Source: Candidatus Sungiibacteriota bacterium
GTDB taxonomy: Bacteria > Patescibacteriota > Minisyncoccia > Sungbacterales > JACQCQ01
NCBI GenBank assembly: GCA_016201505.1
Contig: JACQCQ010000002.1
Span: 144,903-208,902, forward strand
DNA: 64,000 nt
Direction of reading: 5' to 3'
Made by a program: the position numbers and the translations under genes. Positions 51,061-60,641 of the stretch are shown piece after piece (the first letter of the stretch is position 1; each line of letters begins with the position of its first letter). The notes beneath the pieces were generated by a model. It was not told the origin of the DNA, did no database searches, and saw nothing but the letters and a program-made list of their open reading frames with translations.

Positions 51061-52455
51061 TTAGTATTCGTAATGCTTGGTTACTGACCGAAATGAAGTT
51101 TGCTCGGCGTTAAAGTAGAGCTCAATTTTTCCCGTCGGGCCGTTCCTATGTTTTTCTACCATGATTTCGGCGATGTTTTTTCGTTCGGAGTTGACCTTAC
51201 TTTTATCTTCGCGATAAATAAACATCACCAGATCCGCGTCTTGCTCGAGCGATCCCGACTCCCGCAAATCAGACAACTTAGGTATGGCTGAAGTCCGCAT
51301 CTCGACAGCCCGGGAAAGCTGGGAGAGGGCGAGAACGGGAAGACTAAGCTCTTTTGCTAGAGCCTTCAGCGAACGGGAAATCTCGCTGACTTCCTGGACG
51401 CGATTATCAGTTTTTGACTCGCCTTTAATGAGCTGAAGATAATCAATAATGACGAGATCGAGGCCATGTTCGGCCTGCAAGCGCCGGGCCATAGCGCGAA
51501 TCTGCATGACTGACGGCATGGCAGCATCATCAATAAAAATCGGAGTTTGCGACAATTCTTCCATGGCATCTCGTATTTTTACAAAATCATTGTCCTCGCC
51601 TTCAGACGAAAGTCGGCCGGTGCGGAGCCGCCAGATGTCGATGTGCGCTTGTGCGGCGATAAAACGGTCAATTAACTGATCGCGTGACATTTCAAGCGAG
51701 AAGATACCGACCGTGGCTTTGGCTTTGAGCGCCGCATTTCTGGCAATATCGAGCGCCAGCGAGGTTTTACCGAGTGAGGGGCGAGAGGCAAGAATAATGA
51801 GATCAGATTTTTGCAGTCCGCCGATCAATTCATCCAGATCTTTAAATCCAGTCGGCACACCGCGTATAACGCTGCCGTCCTTGTGAATACGATCGAGTCG
51901 ATCCCAGGCTTCGTCGAGGTCGTCTTTGACGGCGTGAAATTCCTGCTGCAGCGAAGATTGTGAGATAGAAAAAATTCTCTGCTCCGCTTCGTCAAGCAGT
52001 TCTTCTACGCTGTCCTCCTCGCGGTAGCCAAGTTCTGAAATATGATACGAAGCGTCAATTAAGTCGCGCAGAACTCTTTTTTTATGCACAATCTTGGCGT
52101 AATGCTGAACATGTCCGGCGGTCGGTACCAGATTTACCAAATTGGCAAGATAGGCTGACCCGCCGATATCTTCCAGCGTGCCTTTCTCACGCAGCCGAGT
52201 TGAAACAGATACCACATCAATCGGCTCACGTGATTTGAAAAGATCAACCATCGCTTCATAAATCACCTGATGCGCCGGTTTATAAAAATCCCGCACCGAC
52301 AAAATATCCGAGACACGATAAATCGCTTCTTGATCTAACATTAAAGAACCGAGAACAGACATCTCGGCATCAATCGATTGCGGCGGCATGCGCCCCGCTT
52401 CTATATTTGAAGTGATGGGAGAGGGAACTGATGACCTTCGACTTTCGGTTGGCAT
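51061..52455 (-). CDS. dnaB: replicative DNA helicase DnaB
   Basis: Walker A (ASRPSLGKTS), RecA-like C-terminal domain and N-terminal DnaB domain. Confidence 0.85.
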   Translation of the reverse strand: MPTESRRSSVPSPITSNIEAGRMPPQSIDAEMSVLGSLMLDQEAIYRVSDILSVRDFYKPAHQVIYEAMVDLFKSREPIDVVSVSTRLREKGTLEDIGGSAYLANLVNLVPTAGHVQHYAKIVHKKRVLRDLIDASYHISELGYREEDSVEELLDEAEQRIFSISQSSLQQEFHAVKDDLDEAWDRLDRIHKDGSVIRGVPTGFKDLDELIGGLQKSDLIILASRPSLGKTSLALDIARNAALKAKATVGIFSLEMSRDQLIDRFIAAQAHIDIWRLRTGRLSSEGEDNDFVKIRDAMEELSQTPIFIDDAAMPSVMQIRAMARRLQAEHGLDLVIIDYLQLIKGESKTDNRVQEVSEISRSLKALAKELSLPVLALSQLSRAVEMRTSAIPKLSDLRESGSLEQDADLVMFIYREDKSKVNSERKNIAEIMVEKHRNGPTGKIELYFNAEQTSFRSVTKHYEY

Positions 52456-52538
52456 GCTGGCTCAATACTACCAGAGCGCGTTTCAAGACTGAAAGTGGAC
52501 AGGTACGCCTATAAGGTGTGAACAGTCGAGGTCGGCAG

Positions 52539-53975
52539 TCACTGGCTCATTTCCTGTCGTTTGGGAATAAGCACCGGCCCGTCTGGGGTGTCATCTACTT
52601 CCCAATTAAGACCTGACATCTGCCGGCGCAGAGCATCAGCCTGTTTCCAATTCTTAATCTGTCGCGCCTTTTCCCGTTTATTGGAAAGCAGCCTAACCAT
52701 ATGCGGGGGATTGGGTATTTTTGCGCTTTTTAGTTGCAGACCAAGCACTCGATCAAAGTCGATCAATAGTCGATATTTAGATTTTGGGTTAAGACGCTGG
52801 CTGGAGATGACAAACCATATGATTGAAATTGCAATTGGAGTATTTAAATCATTTTCAAGAGCCGCGATAAATTTATTTTTTAACTCTCGCGCTATAGATG
52901 CATCCCGCAACGTATTCAGTTTTTTATTTTTTGATTGGGCTTTCAAGCGAGCCGTGTGGCTTAATAACTTCCGATAGGCATTTTGAGCGGATTTGAGCCC
53001 TTCCCAACTAAAATCAAGGATTGAGCGATAATGCGCGAGCGATACAAAATAGCGATAGGCTAACGGATCGAACCCGCGATTTCGCAACGTCTCGATCGTT
53101 ACCATATCTCCGGCGGATTTTGCCATCTTTTGATTTGAAAGATTCAAAAACTCGCCATGCAGCCAGTAGCGCGCCAGAGGCCTGTCAAAGGCGGCTTCGG
53201 ATTGGGCGATTTCATTCGTGTGATGCGTGCCGATATGATCAACGCCCCCCGTATGAATATCGAAGGGCTGTCCCAGGTAGTGGGTCGAGATAGCCGAGCA
53301 CTCGATATGCCAGCCGGGAAATCCATCACCCCAGGGAGACGGCCAATGCAAGATATGATTTTTAAATCTGCCGACAATTTTAAACCACAGCGCAAAATCT
53401 TCCGGGTTTCGCTTACTTGAATCAACCGCAACTCCTTCTCGGGCGCCTGTTTGCTGGTCTTCCAGTTTTTTGCCGGAAAGCTTGGTATAATCTTTAAATT
53501 TCAAAACAGCGAAATAGACCGCCCCGGCGGTATCATAGGCATAGCCCTTTTTAACCAGCCGCTCGATCATCTTGATTTGGCCTTTAATATGCTTTGTCGC
53601 CGGCGAGAGAACGGATGGTTTTTTGATATTGAGTGCCTCAAGATCTCGAACAAAGGCTTTGGTATAAAACTTGGCTACGGAAAAGACGGATTTTGCCTCG
53701 CGTCGTGCGCCCCTCTCCAGCTTATCTTCGCCCGAGTCGTTATCATCCGTCAGGTGTCCGACATCCGTAATATTCATCACCTGCTTCACCCGGTAACCTA
53801 AATACTCGAGCGTCCGGCGCAGAATATCTTCAAATATATACGTGCGCATGTTGCCGATATGCGCGTAGTGGTAGACTGTCGGCCCGCAGGTGTATAAGCC
53901 CACGCGCCTTGGCTTGATGGACCGAAAAATCTCTTTTTTCTTCGTCAGCGTGTTATAGAGTTGCAGTGGCATCAA
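52539..53975 (-). CDS. cysS: cysteinyl-tRNA synthetase
   Basis: HIGN, KMAKS and zinc-ligand Cys motifs. Confidence 0.9.
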   Translation of the reverse strand: MMPLQLYNTLTKKKEIFRSIKPRRVGLYTCGPTVYHYAHIGNMRTYIFEDILRRTLEYLGYRVKQVMNITDVGHLTDDNDSGEDKLERGARREAKSVFSVAKFYTKAFVRDLEALNIKKPSVLSPATKHIKGQIKMIERLVKKGYAYDTAGAVYFAVLKFKDYTKLSGKKLEDQQTGAREGVAVDSSKRNPEDFALWFKIVGRFKNHILHWPSPWGDGFPGWHIECSAISTHYLGQPFDIHTGGVDHIGTHHTNEIAQSEAAFDRPLARYWLHGEFLNLSNQKMAKSAGDMVTIETLRNRGFDPLAYRYFVSLAHYRSILDFSWEGLKSAQNAYRKLLSHTARLKAQSKNKKLNTLRDASIARELKNKFIAALENDLNTPIAISIIWFVISSQRLNPKSKYRLLIDFDRVLGLQLKSAKIPNPPHMVRLLSNKREKARQIKNWKQADALRRQMSGLNWEVDDTPDGPVLIPKRQEMSQ

Positions 53976-54089
53976 AAATCAGACCGGGAATATTGGGAAG
54001 CACTTTATATTTCAATACTAGCACAAGCTGTTTATACCGTTAGATGCCCCATCTTGCTTTCCCCGCACCTCCTCAAATGTCGCTCTTTT

Positions 54090-54127
54090 CCTATAAGTTC
54101 GATAGACTAGTCTATCGGACTTATAGG
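54090..54127. repeat. 38-bp palindrome copy 3 (CCTATAAGTTCGATAGACTAGTCTATCGGACTTATAGG), 18 bp upstream of the hrcA CIRCE
   Basis: Dyad with one mismatch, same core as copies 1 and 2. Confidence 0.7.
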
Positions 54128-54144
54128 TTTTTCGGGCTCCACTC

Positions 54145-54171
54145 TTAGCGCTCTTGACGTGAGACTGCTAA
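54145..54171 (+). promoter_or_regulatory. CIRCE-like operator (TTAGCGCTC-N9-GACTGCTAA) with an embedded TTGACG -35 for hrcA
   Basis: One mismatch per arm versus the consensus. Positioned at the hrcA-grpE-dnaK operon promoter. Confidence 0.65.
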
Positions 54172-54193
54172 CAGTGATAATCTATTTCCTGTA

Positions 54194-54913
54194 ATGAATC
54201 CTGTCACAAAGCGCCAAGAAGATTTGCTGTTTGCCGCAGTTAGCGAGCACATCCGCACCGGTGAGGCCGTCTCTTCAGATGACCTGCGCACTCGGTATCG
54301 CCTGTCATACAGTCCAGCGACCATCAGAAATGAGCTTTTAGCCCTTTCCGAACTCGGCTTCTTAGATCAGCCGCATACTTCGGCTGGTCGTATTCCGACT
54401 GACAGAGGCTATCGCTGGTACGCAGACAAGATTTCAGCCGCGTCGCCTCTTAAAAAAGACGAGGTCACAGCCATCAGACAGATTTCCGAAGAATACACGG
54501 ATTTAAACGAGTTCTTCCGCCTTTCAACTGAAATGCTGGCTCGCATGGTGCAAGCCCTGGTTGTCGGCGGCGTGTCCGAAAATTCAATGGAACCTTTCTA
54601 TAAAAGCGGATTCGGCCAAATCCTTTCCGAGCCCGAGTTTACGGAATCAATATCGCGCAACAGCTTCGGCGAGCTGGTTGACTCAATTGATGCCGATGTT
54701 AGGTCGCTGATCGAAGCTCGTGATTTTAAAATTCCGCACATATTTATTGGCGGAGAAAATCCGATCGAAGAAGCCCGCCCCTACAGCATGATTATAAAAA
54801 CCATCGAGCATGGAGATGATCGGGGAGTCCTGGCTATCATTGGCGCTAAGCGGATGCGATATGATAAAGGTCTATCGTTACTTTCAGCGCTTGACTCAAT
54901 TTTTGATGAGTAA
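54194..54913 (+). CDS. hrcA: heat-inducible transcription repressor HrcA (short form)
   Basis: 239 aa. N-terminal wHTH (TIRNELLALSELGFLDQPHTSAGRIPT). Shorter than the canonical roughly 340-aa HrcA. Confidence 0.75.
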   Translation: MNPVTKRQEDLLFAAVSEHIRTGEAVSSDDLRTRYRLSYSPATIRNELLALSELGFLDQPHTSAGRIPTDRGYRWYADKISAASPLKKDEVTAIRQISEEYTDLNEFFRLSTEMLARMVQALVVGGVSENSMEPFYKSGFGQILSEPEFTESISRNSFGELVDSIDADVRSLIEARDFKIPHIFIGGENPIEEARPYSMIIKTIEHGDDRGVLAIIGAKRMRYDKGLSLLSALDSIFDE

Positions 54914-55036
54914 CATGCCCGCCTAAGTTTTTGTTATTCAAATTTTTAAATTATGAAAAGAATGTCTCACAAAAAAATAAAGAATGATATAAGCATCGAG
55001 TCGTTTAGGCATTACCTAACTAAAATTTAGGCGGGT

Positions 55037-55561
55037 ATGGACGAACCTGAAATAATTGAAGCGGAGTTGGAAAACGGCTCCCCGCCCGATCCAATTGAAA
55101 AGCTGAATACGCTAAAAGAAAAATTGAAAGCCATCGAAGAAGAAAAGAAACAGTACCTCGAGGGCTGGCAGAGGGCAAAGGCAGATCTCATAAACTCACG
55201 ACGCGACGAGGAACGGAAGATGTCGGATTGGCGGGGAATGATTGAAAACCAGGTGATCCTCGAATTCATGCCGGTACTTGATAGTTTTGAAATCGCGTTG
55301 AAACACCGGCACGAGCCGCCTATGCCGGAAGATTCAATGAGGGGCTTTCAACTCATATACGCGCAATTACTTGATACCTTACGCCGATTGGGCGTTCAGC
55401 CGATCAAAACTAAAAATGAAATGTTTGATCCAGCCTTCCATGAAGCCATCGAAGAAATAGAAACAGACGCCCCATCGGGCAGAATCATTGAGGAAATTCA
55501 GAAAGGATACAGGCGGGGAGAAGTACTGTTACGGCCGGCACGAGTTAAAGTTGCTAAATAA
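55037..55561 (+). CDS. grpE: nucleotide exchange factor GrpE
   Basis: 174 aa. Coiled-coil N-terminus and the conserved GrpE C-terminal beta domain. Confidence 0.85.
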   Translation: MDEPEIIEAELENGSPPDPIEKLNTLKEKLKAIEEEKKQYLEGWQRAKADLINSRRDEERKMSDWRGMIENQVILEFMPVLDSFEIALKHRHEPPMPEDSMRGFQLIYAQLLDTLRRLGVQPIKTKNEMFDPAFHEAIEEIETDAPSGRIIEEIQKGYRRGEVLLRPARVKVAK

Positions 55562-55570
55562 TTAAAACAG

Positions 55571-55637
55571 GCTACAGCTGACGGACTACAGACCACAGGA
55601 CGGTAGTCAGTAGACGGTAGACTGTAGTTGCAAAAAA
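55571..55637 (+). promoter_or_regulatory. structured leader element, dnaK copy
   Basis: GCTACAGCTGACGGACTACAGACCACAGGACGGTAGTCAGTAGACGGTAGACTGTAGTTGCAAAAAA immediately 5' of the ATG. Same word set as the groEL and recA copies. Confidence 0.5.
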
Positions 55638-57533
55638 ATGGCTAAAATAATCGGAATTGATTTAGGCACAACGAATTCAGCGGTCGCCTATGTTGAAGGA
55701 GGCGAACCAAAAATTATCGAAAACAAAGAAGGCAATCGGACCACGCCCTCGGTTGTCGCCTTGTCCAAGACCGGCGACCGCCTAGTTGGCCTCTTGGCAA
55801 AACGCCAGGCCGTGACCAATCCAAGAAACACTTTTTACTCGATTAAGCGTCTGATCGGGCGCAAATTTACGGATGCCGAAGTACAAAAAGATTTAAAACT
55901 CCTACCCTATGAGTTACGCGCATCCTCAAATGGCGGCGTTGAAGTGAAAATGGGAGAAAAGTGGGTCCGGCCGGAAGAAATCTCGGCCATGATTTTACAG
56001 AAATTAAAGCAGGACGCCGAAGAAAAGCTTGGAACGAGCATTACGGAGGCGGTCATTACGGTGCCGGCCTACTTTGATGACTCACAGCGAAAAGCGACAC
56101 AAGCCGCCGGCGAAATCGCGGGATTTACGGTGCGCCGCATCTTAAATGAACCGACAGCTGCCGCCCTCGCCTACGGACTCAATAAAAAGAAAGATGAGAA
56201 AATTGTGGTCTACGATTTTGGCGGAGGAACGTTTGACATATCGGTGCTCGAAATCGGAGACGACACGATTGAGGTAAAATCAACCGACGGGGATACGCAC
56301 TTGGGTGGTGACGACTTCGACCAGAAGATTATCAACTGGATCATTCACGAGTTTAAAAAAGATCAAGCCATTGATATCTCGAAAGACACCCTGGCCCTGC
56401 AGCGTTTGAAAGAGGCGGCGGAAAAAACGAAACACGAGCTCTCCTCAACCATCGAAACGGAAATTAATATCCCGTTCATTACGTCGGATGCGTCTGGACC
56501 AAAACATTTAGTTATGAAACTCTCGCGGGCTACGCTTGAGTCTCTAGTAAAAGATGACATCGATCGCTCGATCGAAATTACGAAACGCGCAGTTGAGGCC
56601 GCCGGATTTAAGCTCTCGGATGTTCATGAAATTATCCTGGTGGGCGGGCAAACCAGGATGCCTCTTATCCAGCAAGCAGTAAAAAATTTATTCGGCAAAG
56701 AACCGAATAAATCGATTAACCCGGACGAGGTGGTGGCGCTGGGGGCTGCCATCCAAGCCGGCATTATGCAGGGTGACGTAAAGGATATTTTGCTGCTCGA
56801 CGTCACTCCGCTCTCACTCGGCATCGAGACGCTCGGCGGCGTATTCACGAAGATCATCGAAAAAAATACGACGGTCCCAACCGCCAAGTCGCAAGTCTTT
56901 TCAACTGCGGCGGACAATCAGACGCAGGTTGAAATTCACGTGCTTCAAGGCGAACGCGAAATAGCCCACGATAATAAAACGCTGGCTCAATTTGTCCTTG
57001 ACGGCATCCCGCCCGCGCCTCGAGGCTTGCCGCAAGTTGAAGTTTCATTCGATATTGACGCCAACGGTATCCTGTCAGTAAAAGCCCGCGACAAATCAAG
57101 CGGCAAGGAGCAATCGGTCCGGGTTGAGGCCTCTTCTTCGCTTTCAAAAGACGAGATCGAACGCATGAAGAAGGATGCTGAAATACACGCCTCCGAAGAT
57201 AAGAAAAAGAAAGCGGAAATTGAGGCCAGAAACGCCGCTGATAGTCTTATTTATACGAGCGAGAAGTCCCTGCGTGATGCCGCGGATAAAGTCCCGCAAG
57301 ATCTAAAGACCGAGATCGAATCAAAGATTGCCGAATTAAAACGCGCGAAGGATACTGGAGGTACGTCCCAAATTGAAAAAGCCTCGCAAGACCTTTCGCA
57401 GTCGCTATCCAAGATCGGCGAAATTCTCCACCAGGCGAGCCAGTCTCAAGAGACCGGCAGTGCCGATAAAAAAGATGAGAATGTGCAAGATGCGGAGTAT
57501 AGCGAAAAACCAAGTGACGAACCGACGACGTAA
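55638..57533 (+). CDS. dnaK: molecular chaperone DnaK
   Basis: 631 aa, full Hsp70 architecture ([16 protein letters not shown]). Confidence 0.95.
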   Translation: MAKIIGIDLGTTNSAVAYVEGGEPKIIENKEGNRTTPSVVALSKTGDRLVGLLAKRQAVTNPRNTFYSIKRLIGRKFTDAEVQKDLKLLPYELRASSNGGVEVKMGEKWVRPEEISAMILQKLKQDAEEKLGTSITEAVITVPAYFDDSQRKATQAAGEIAGFTVRRILNEPTAAALAYGLNKKKDEKIVVYDFGGGTFDISVLEIGDDTIEVKSTDGDTHLGGDDFDQKIINWIIHEFKKDQAIDISKDTLALQRLKEAAEKTKHELSSTIETEINIPFITSDASGPKHLVMKLSRATLESLVKDDIDRSIEITKRAVEAAGFKLSDVHEIILVGGQTRMPLIQQAVKNLFGKEPNKSINPDEVVALGAAIQAGIMQGDVKDILLLDVTPLSLGIETLGGVFTKIIEKNTTVPTAKSQVFSTAADNQTQVEIHVLQGEREIAHDNKTLAQFVLDGIPPAPRGLPQVEVSFDIDANGILSVKARDKSSGKEQSVRVEASSSLSKDEIERMKKDAEIHASEDKKKKAEIEARNAADSLIYTSEKSLRDAADKVPQDLKTEIESKIAELKRAKDTGGTSQIEKASQDLSQSLSKIGEILHQASQSQETGSADKKDENVQDAEYSEKPSDEPTT

Positions 57534-58459
57534 TGCAAATGAGTTCTAAAATTAAAGAGGGCGTTTTGGCCGGACTCACCATCGTAGCTAGTGTCGGCGC
57601 TCTTTTTTTCGGTGCCTCCCACGGGCTTATCTACGAAACCGGCGTATTGATCCTTATTTCTGTTCTTCTCTATAGTTGTTCTACGGTTTTAATTCCTTGG
57701 AGCGCCTTAGGATACGCTATCCCCGTTATTCCGGTTCTCGTAAGTTTAATCTGGCTACCCTCGCAGGTTGGCATTGCAGTCGCAATTTTGGCGGCATCAG
57801 TTTTCGCGGCTTTTTCCTGGCATTTTGCCAAACAAGAAATTTCGATTATGCTCGGCACCCATAGCGCACGCATTTTGCGGGCTGCCATCCCCAGCTTTCT
57901 TACTGCGGTCTCGTTGCTCGCGACAGTTTTCTATTATGTTGATCACGCCTCACCCGAACGCGTCACATTAATTCCCCGAACGGTATTCAACCTAATATTT
58001 CCTTACACCCAGAGCCTGATCCAAGGGGCTCTCGGCGTTCATTTTGAAGTAAAAGCCAATGAACGAGTCGACGACCTTCTGCGCCAGGTTATTGAAAATG
58101 AATCTGGTCGGGCGCTGGTACGCGCTCCCAGAATAAAAGAGCAGCTGATTGAACTGGGGGTAATAAAAGCGCGGGAGGATCTGTCTCGCCAATTTGGCAT
58201 AGCCATCGCCCCAAATGACAGTGTGGGAAGCCTCTTCTATACTATAGCCAATAAAAAGGCGGATGATTTGGTGAGGCCCTACTCTCGATACCTGCCGATC
58301 GCCCTATCACTCGGCGTGTTCTTGACCCTTAAAACGGCTTCACTCCTTATATACTGGTTCATGATTATTACGGTGCCCGGCATCCTGTGGCTTGCGAGAA
58401 AAGCGGGGGTCATTCGGGATATATCAACCACGGTCACGGTAACTCACTATTCACTCTAA
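57533..58459 (+). CDS. polytopic membrane protein of unknown function, inserted between dnaK and dnaJ
   Basis: 308 aa, about six predicted TM helices and a 100-aa soluble loop. Start overlaps the dnaK stop, and the 3' end overlaps the upstream in-frame ATG of dnaJ. Confidence 0.5.
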   Translation: MQMSSKIKEGVLAGLTIVASVGALFFGASHGLIYETGVLILISVLLYSCSTVLIPWSALGYAIPVIPVLVSLIWLPSQVGIAVAILAASVFAAFSWHFAKQEISIMLGTHSARILRAAIPSFLTAVSLLATVFYYVDHASPERVTLIPRTVFNLIFPYTQSLIQGALGVHFEVKANERVDDLLRQVIENESGRALVRAPRIKEQLIELGVIKAREDLSRQFGIAIAPNDSVGSLFYTIANKKADDLVRPYSRYLPIALSLGVFLTLKTASLLIYWFMIITVPGILWLARKAGVIRDISTTVTVTHYSL

Positions 58460-58464
58460 CTTTT

Positions 58465-59565
58465 ATGGCCGAGAAAGATTTCTATACCACCTTGGGCATT
58501 CCGAAAAATGCCACCCAAGATGAAATAAAAAAAGCCTATCGCAAGCTGGCGCATCAGTACCATCCGGACAAAGGCAATGGCAACGATGAGAAATTCAAGC
58601 AAATAAACGAGGCCTACCAGGTGCTCGGCGATGAAGCGAAGCGAAAACAATATGACCAATTCGGCCAAACATTCAATGCGGCCAGCGGGTTTAACCCGGG
58701 CGGATTTCAATGGTCTGATGTTTTTAGAAATCAGGGGAACAGCGCCGGGTTTAATTTCAGCGCTAACTTTGATTTTGGCGACATTCTGGAAAATGTATTC
58801 GGCTTTAATGCCGATTCCCGCCAGGGGAAGGGTGGGTCTCGAGGCAAGGACCTGGTACTGGAACTTGCGATTCCGTTTGAAGAAAGCATTTTAGGCGGCA
58901 AAGAGACAATCGAAATTAAACGTACGGCACTATGCCGAAAATGTAACGGGACTGGAGGCGAACCCGGCATAAAAATGAAAACCTGCACAACCTGTCAGGG
59001 GAAGGGGAATGTGCAAAAAACTGAAAGAACTATCCTCGGCACTGTTACTCGAGTTGAAACATGTCCGATATGTCGAGGGCGCGGAGAAATCCCGACGAAG
59101 CCCTGCGATGTGTGCGACGGGAAAGGCACCGAGAGGATATCTGAAACAATCGAACTAGTAATTCCAAGGGGGATCACCGCTGACGATACGATGAAGCTAT
59201 CCGGCAAGGGAGAAATCAGCGATCCCATGTCTCCGCCGGGGGATCTTTACGTGCGCATTAAAATCCTGCCGCATAAGACGTTTCGACGCCAAGCCGATAA
59301 CCTGATCATGCAGCTCCCAATCAAAGTTTCTCAAGCAATCTTAGGCGACAGCGTAACCGTCGAGACCCTTGAGGGAAAAATTAGTCTTAAGATCCCGGGG
59401 GGCACCCAGTCGGGAGATATTCTGCGGGTTCGCGGAAAAGGCGTGCCAGAGGCGAGGGCCTATGGGCATGGTGACCTTCTGATTGAGATAAGAGTTGAAA
59501 TCCCGCGCAAGGTTAGTAAAAGGGGGAAAGAAGCCATCGAGAGTCTAAAAGAAGAAGGCTTCTAG
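58465..59565 (+). CDS. dnaJ: molecular chaperone DnaJ
   Basis: Start at [13 protein letters not shown]-domain HPD, G/F region, four CxxCxGxG zinc-finger repeats. Confidence 0.9.
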   Translation: MAEKDFYTTLGIPKNATQDEIKKAYRKLAHQYHPDKGNGNDEKFKQINEAYQVLGDEAKRKQYDQFGQTFNAASGFNPGGFQWSDVFRNQGNSAGFNFSANFDFGDILENVFGFNADSRQGKGGSRGKDLVLELAIPFEESILGGKETIEIKRTALCRKCNGTGGEPGIKMKTCTTCQGKGNVQKTERTILGTVTRVETCPICRGRGEIPTKPCDVCDGKGTERISETIELVIPRGITADDTMKLSGKGEISDPMSPPGDLYVRIKILPHKTFRRQADNLIMQLPIKVSQAILGDSVTVETLEGKISLKIPGGTQSGDILRVRGKGVPEARAYGHGDLLIEIRVEIPRKVSKRGKEAIESLKEEGF

Positions 59566-59655
59566 ATAAATAAATCGAAATAATAGAGTATTTCGTTTTA
59601 TCGCGTTAGCGTCCTATTGTGTAAAACTTCATACGAAGTATAATCCACTCTAGAT

Positions 59656-60240
59656 ATGGCGCGAGTCATTGTGGAGAGAGAGGATCGAATGCGAAAGGGC
59701 CAGATTGCGGAGGAGATCCTGCGGGTTTTAAGCCATCGGCCTATTTTTTTGTCTTCACCAAAGGCGAGCGCCGCCAGCCAGATACTTCTATCTAAACTTG
59801 AAGCCAAGGGGATTGGCAGACGACGCAGAAATAACGTAAAAATTGCCATTGATAGGCTAAGGCGACAGCGCTGCATCGAGTATAGCCATGAAAGCGATAA
59901 GCACCTATTACGTTTAACAGATTCCGGTGAACGTCGACTCTTACGCTATCAGATCTTTCATTTGAAGCTGGCAGTTTCGCGCTGGGATAAAATCTGGAGA
60001 ATTATCCTGTTTGATATCCCGGAAGAAAAGAAAATGGCTCGAGATTCCATAACCAGGAAGTTAAAAAATATGGGATTTTATCAGTTTCAACGGAGCGTCT
60101 TCGTACACTACCTTGATTGCCAGCAGGAGGTTAATCTCATTACCGATTACTTTAACGTACGAGAATACTTCACACTCATAGAAGCTTTTGAGCTCGGAAA
60201 TCAAGAATATAAGGCCAAAAGCTTCTTCGAGTTAAGCTAA
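59656..60240 (+). CDS. PaaX-like putative transcriptional regulator (N-terminal wHTH-like region plus a Cas2-like fold domain)
   Basis: WDKIWRIILFDIPEEKKMARDSITRKLKNMGFYQFQRSVF matches the W-D-x-x-W-LLL...G(F/Y)...QxSVF pattern shared by PaaX-family regulators and Cas2. No CRISPR array nearby. Confidence 0.4.
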   Translation: MARVIVEREDRMRKGQIAEEILRVLSHRPIFLSSPKASAASQILLSKLEAKGIGRRRRNNVKIAIDRLRRQRCIEYSHESDKHLLRLTDSGERRLLRYQIFHLKLAVSRWDKIWRIILFDIPEEKKMARDSITRKLKNMGFYQFQRSVFVHYLDCQQEVNLITDYFNVREYFTLIEAFELGNQEYKAKSFFELS

Positions 60241-60641
60241 GATACGTATCAATTTAATCTAACAAGATTTAAAGCGTATCAATCTAGTAATACTAAAAAT
60301 TTATGTTAAACAGCAATTTCGTTATTCTGTTATAACGATAGAACGTATTACTTAATTAACCATAAGGAATTTTTAGTATAGTTATGAAAAATCTAATCAA
60401 TAATTTATAAAACAATATAAAATCCTGATTTTTGTCTGAACAAAGCCTGCCGAACTATCAGGGGTCAACTAAATGGGCAAAGCAGAGTTACCGGACCAGC
60501 CAGAGCCGGCATTTTTTTAAAATGGGGGATCGAAAAATTTGAAAAATTAAAATTTTTACTATTCTTTCGTAACTTATCCACATAAAAGAATTGACGCAGA
60601 AGCAGTATCATAAAGATACGCTGACGTATCAAGATGGAGCT
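60241..60641. repeat. AT-rich (about 30% GC) spacer carrying repeated palindromic GATACGTATC(AA) / CGTATCAA motifs at 60241, 60277 and 60617-60638; further copies lie inside the downstream gene at 61023 and 60985
   Basis: Four occurrences of the 8-mer CGTATCAA within about 800 bp. A GATACG-CTG-ACGTATC dyad overlaps the start codon of the giant gene. Confidence 0.5.

Noticed and set aside
53976-54090. T-box leader upstream of cysS, and upstream of trpS at 19541
   Set aside because: The spacers are too short at about 115 nt and 7 nt. The T-box core AATTAGGGTGG-like motif is absent, and trpS is directly downstream of rnj.
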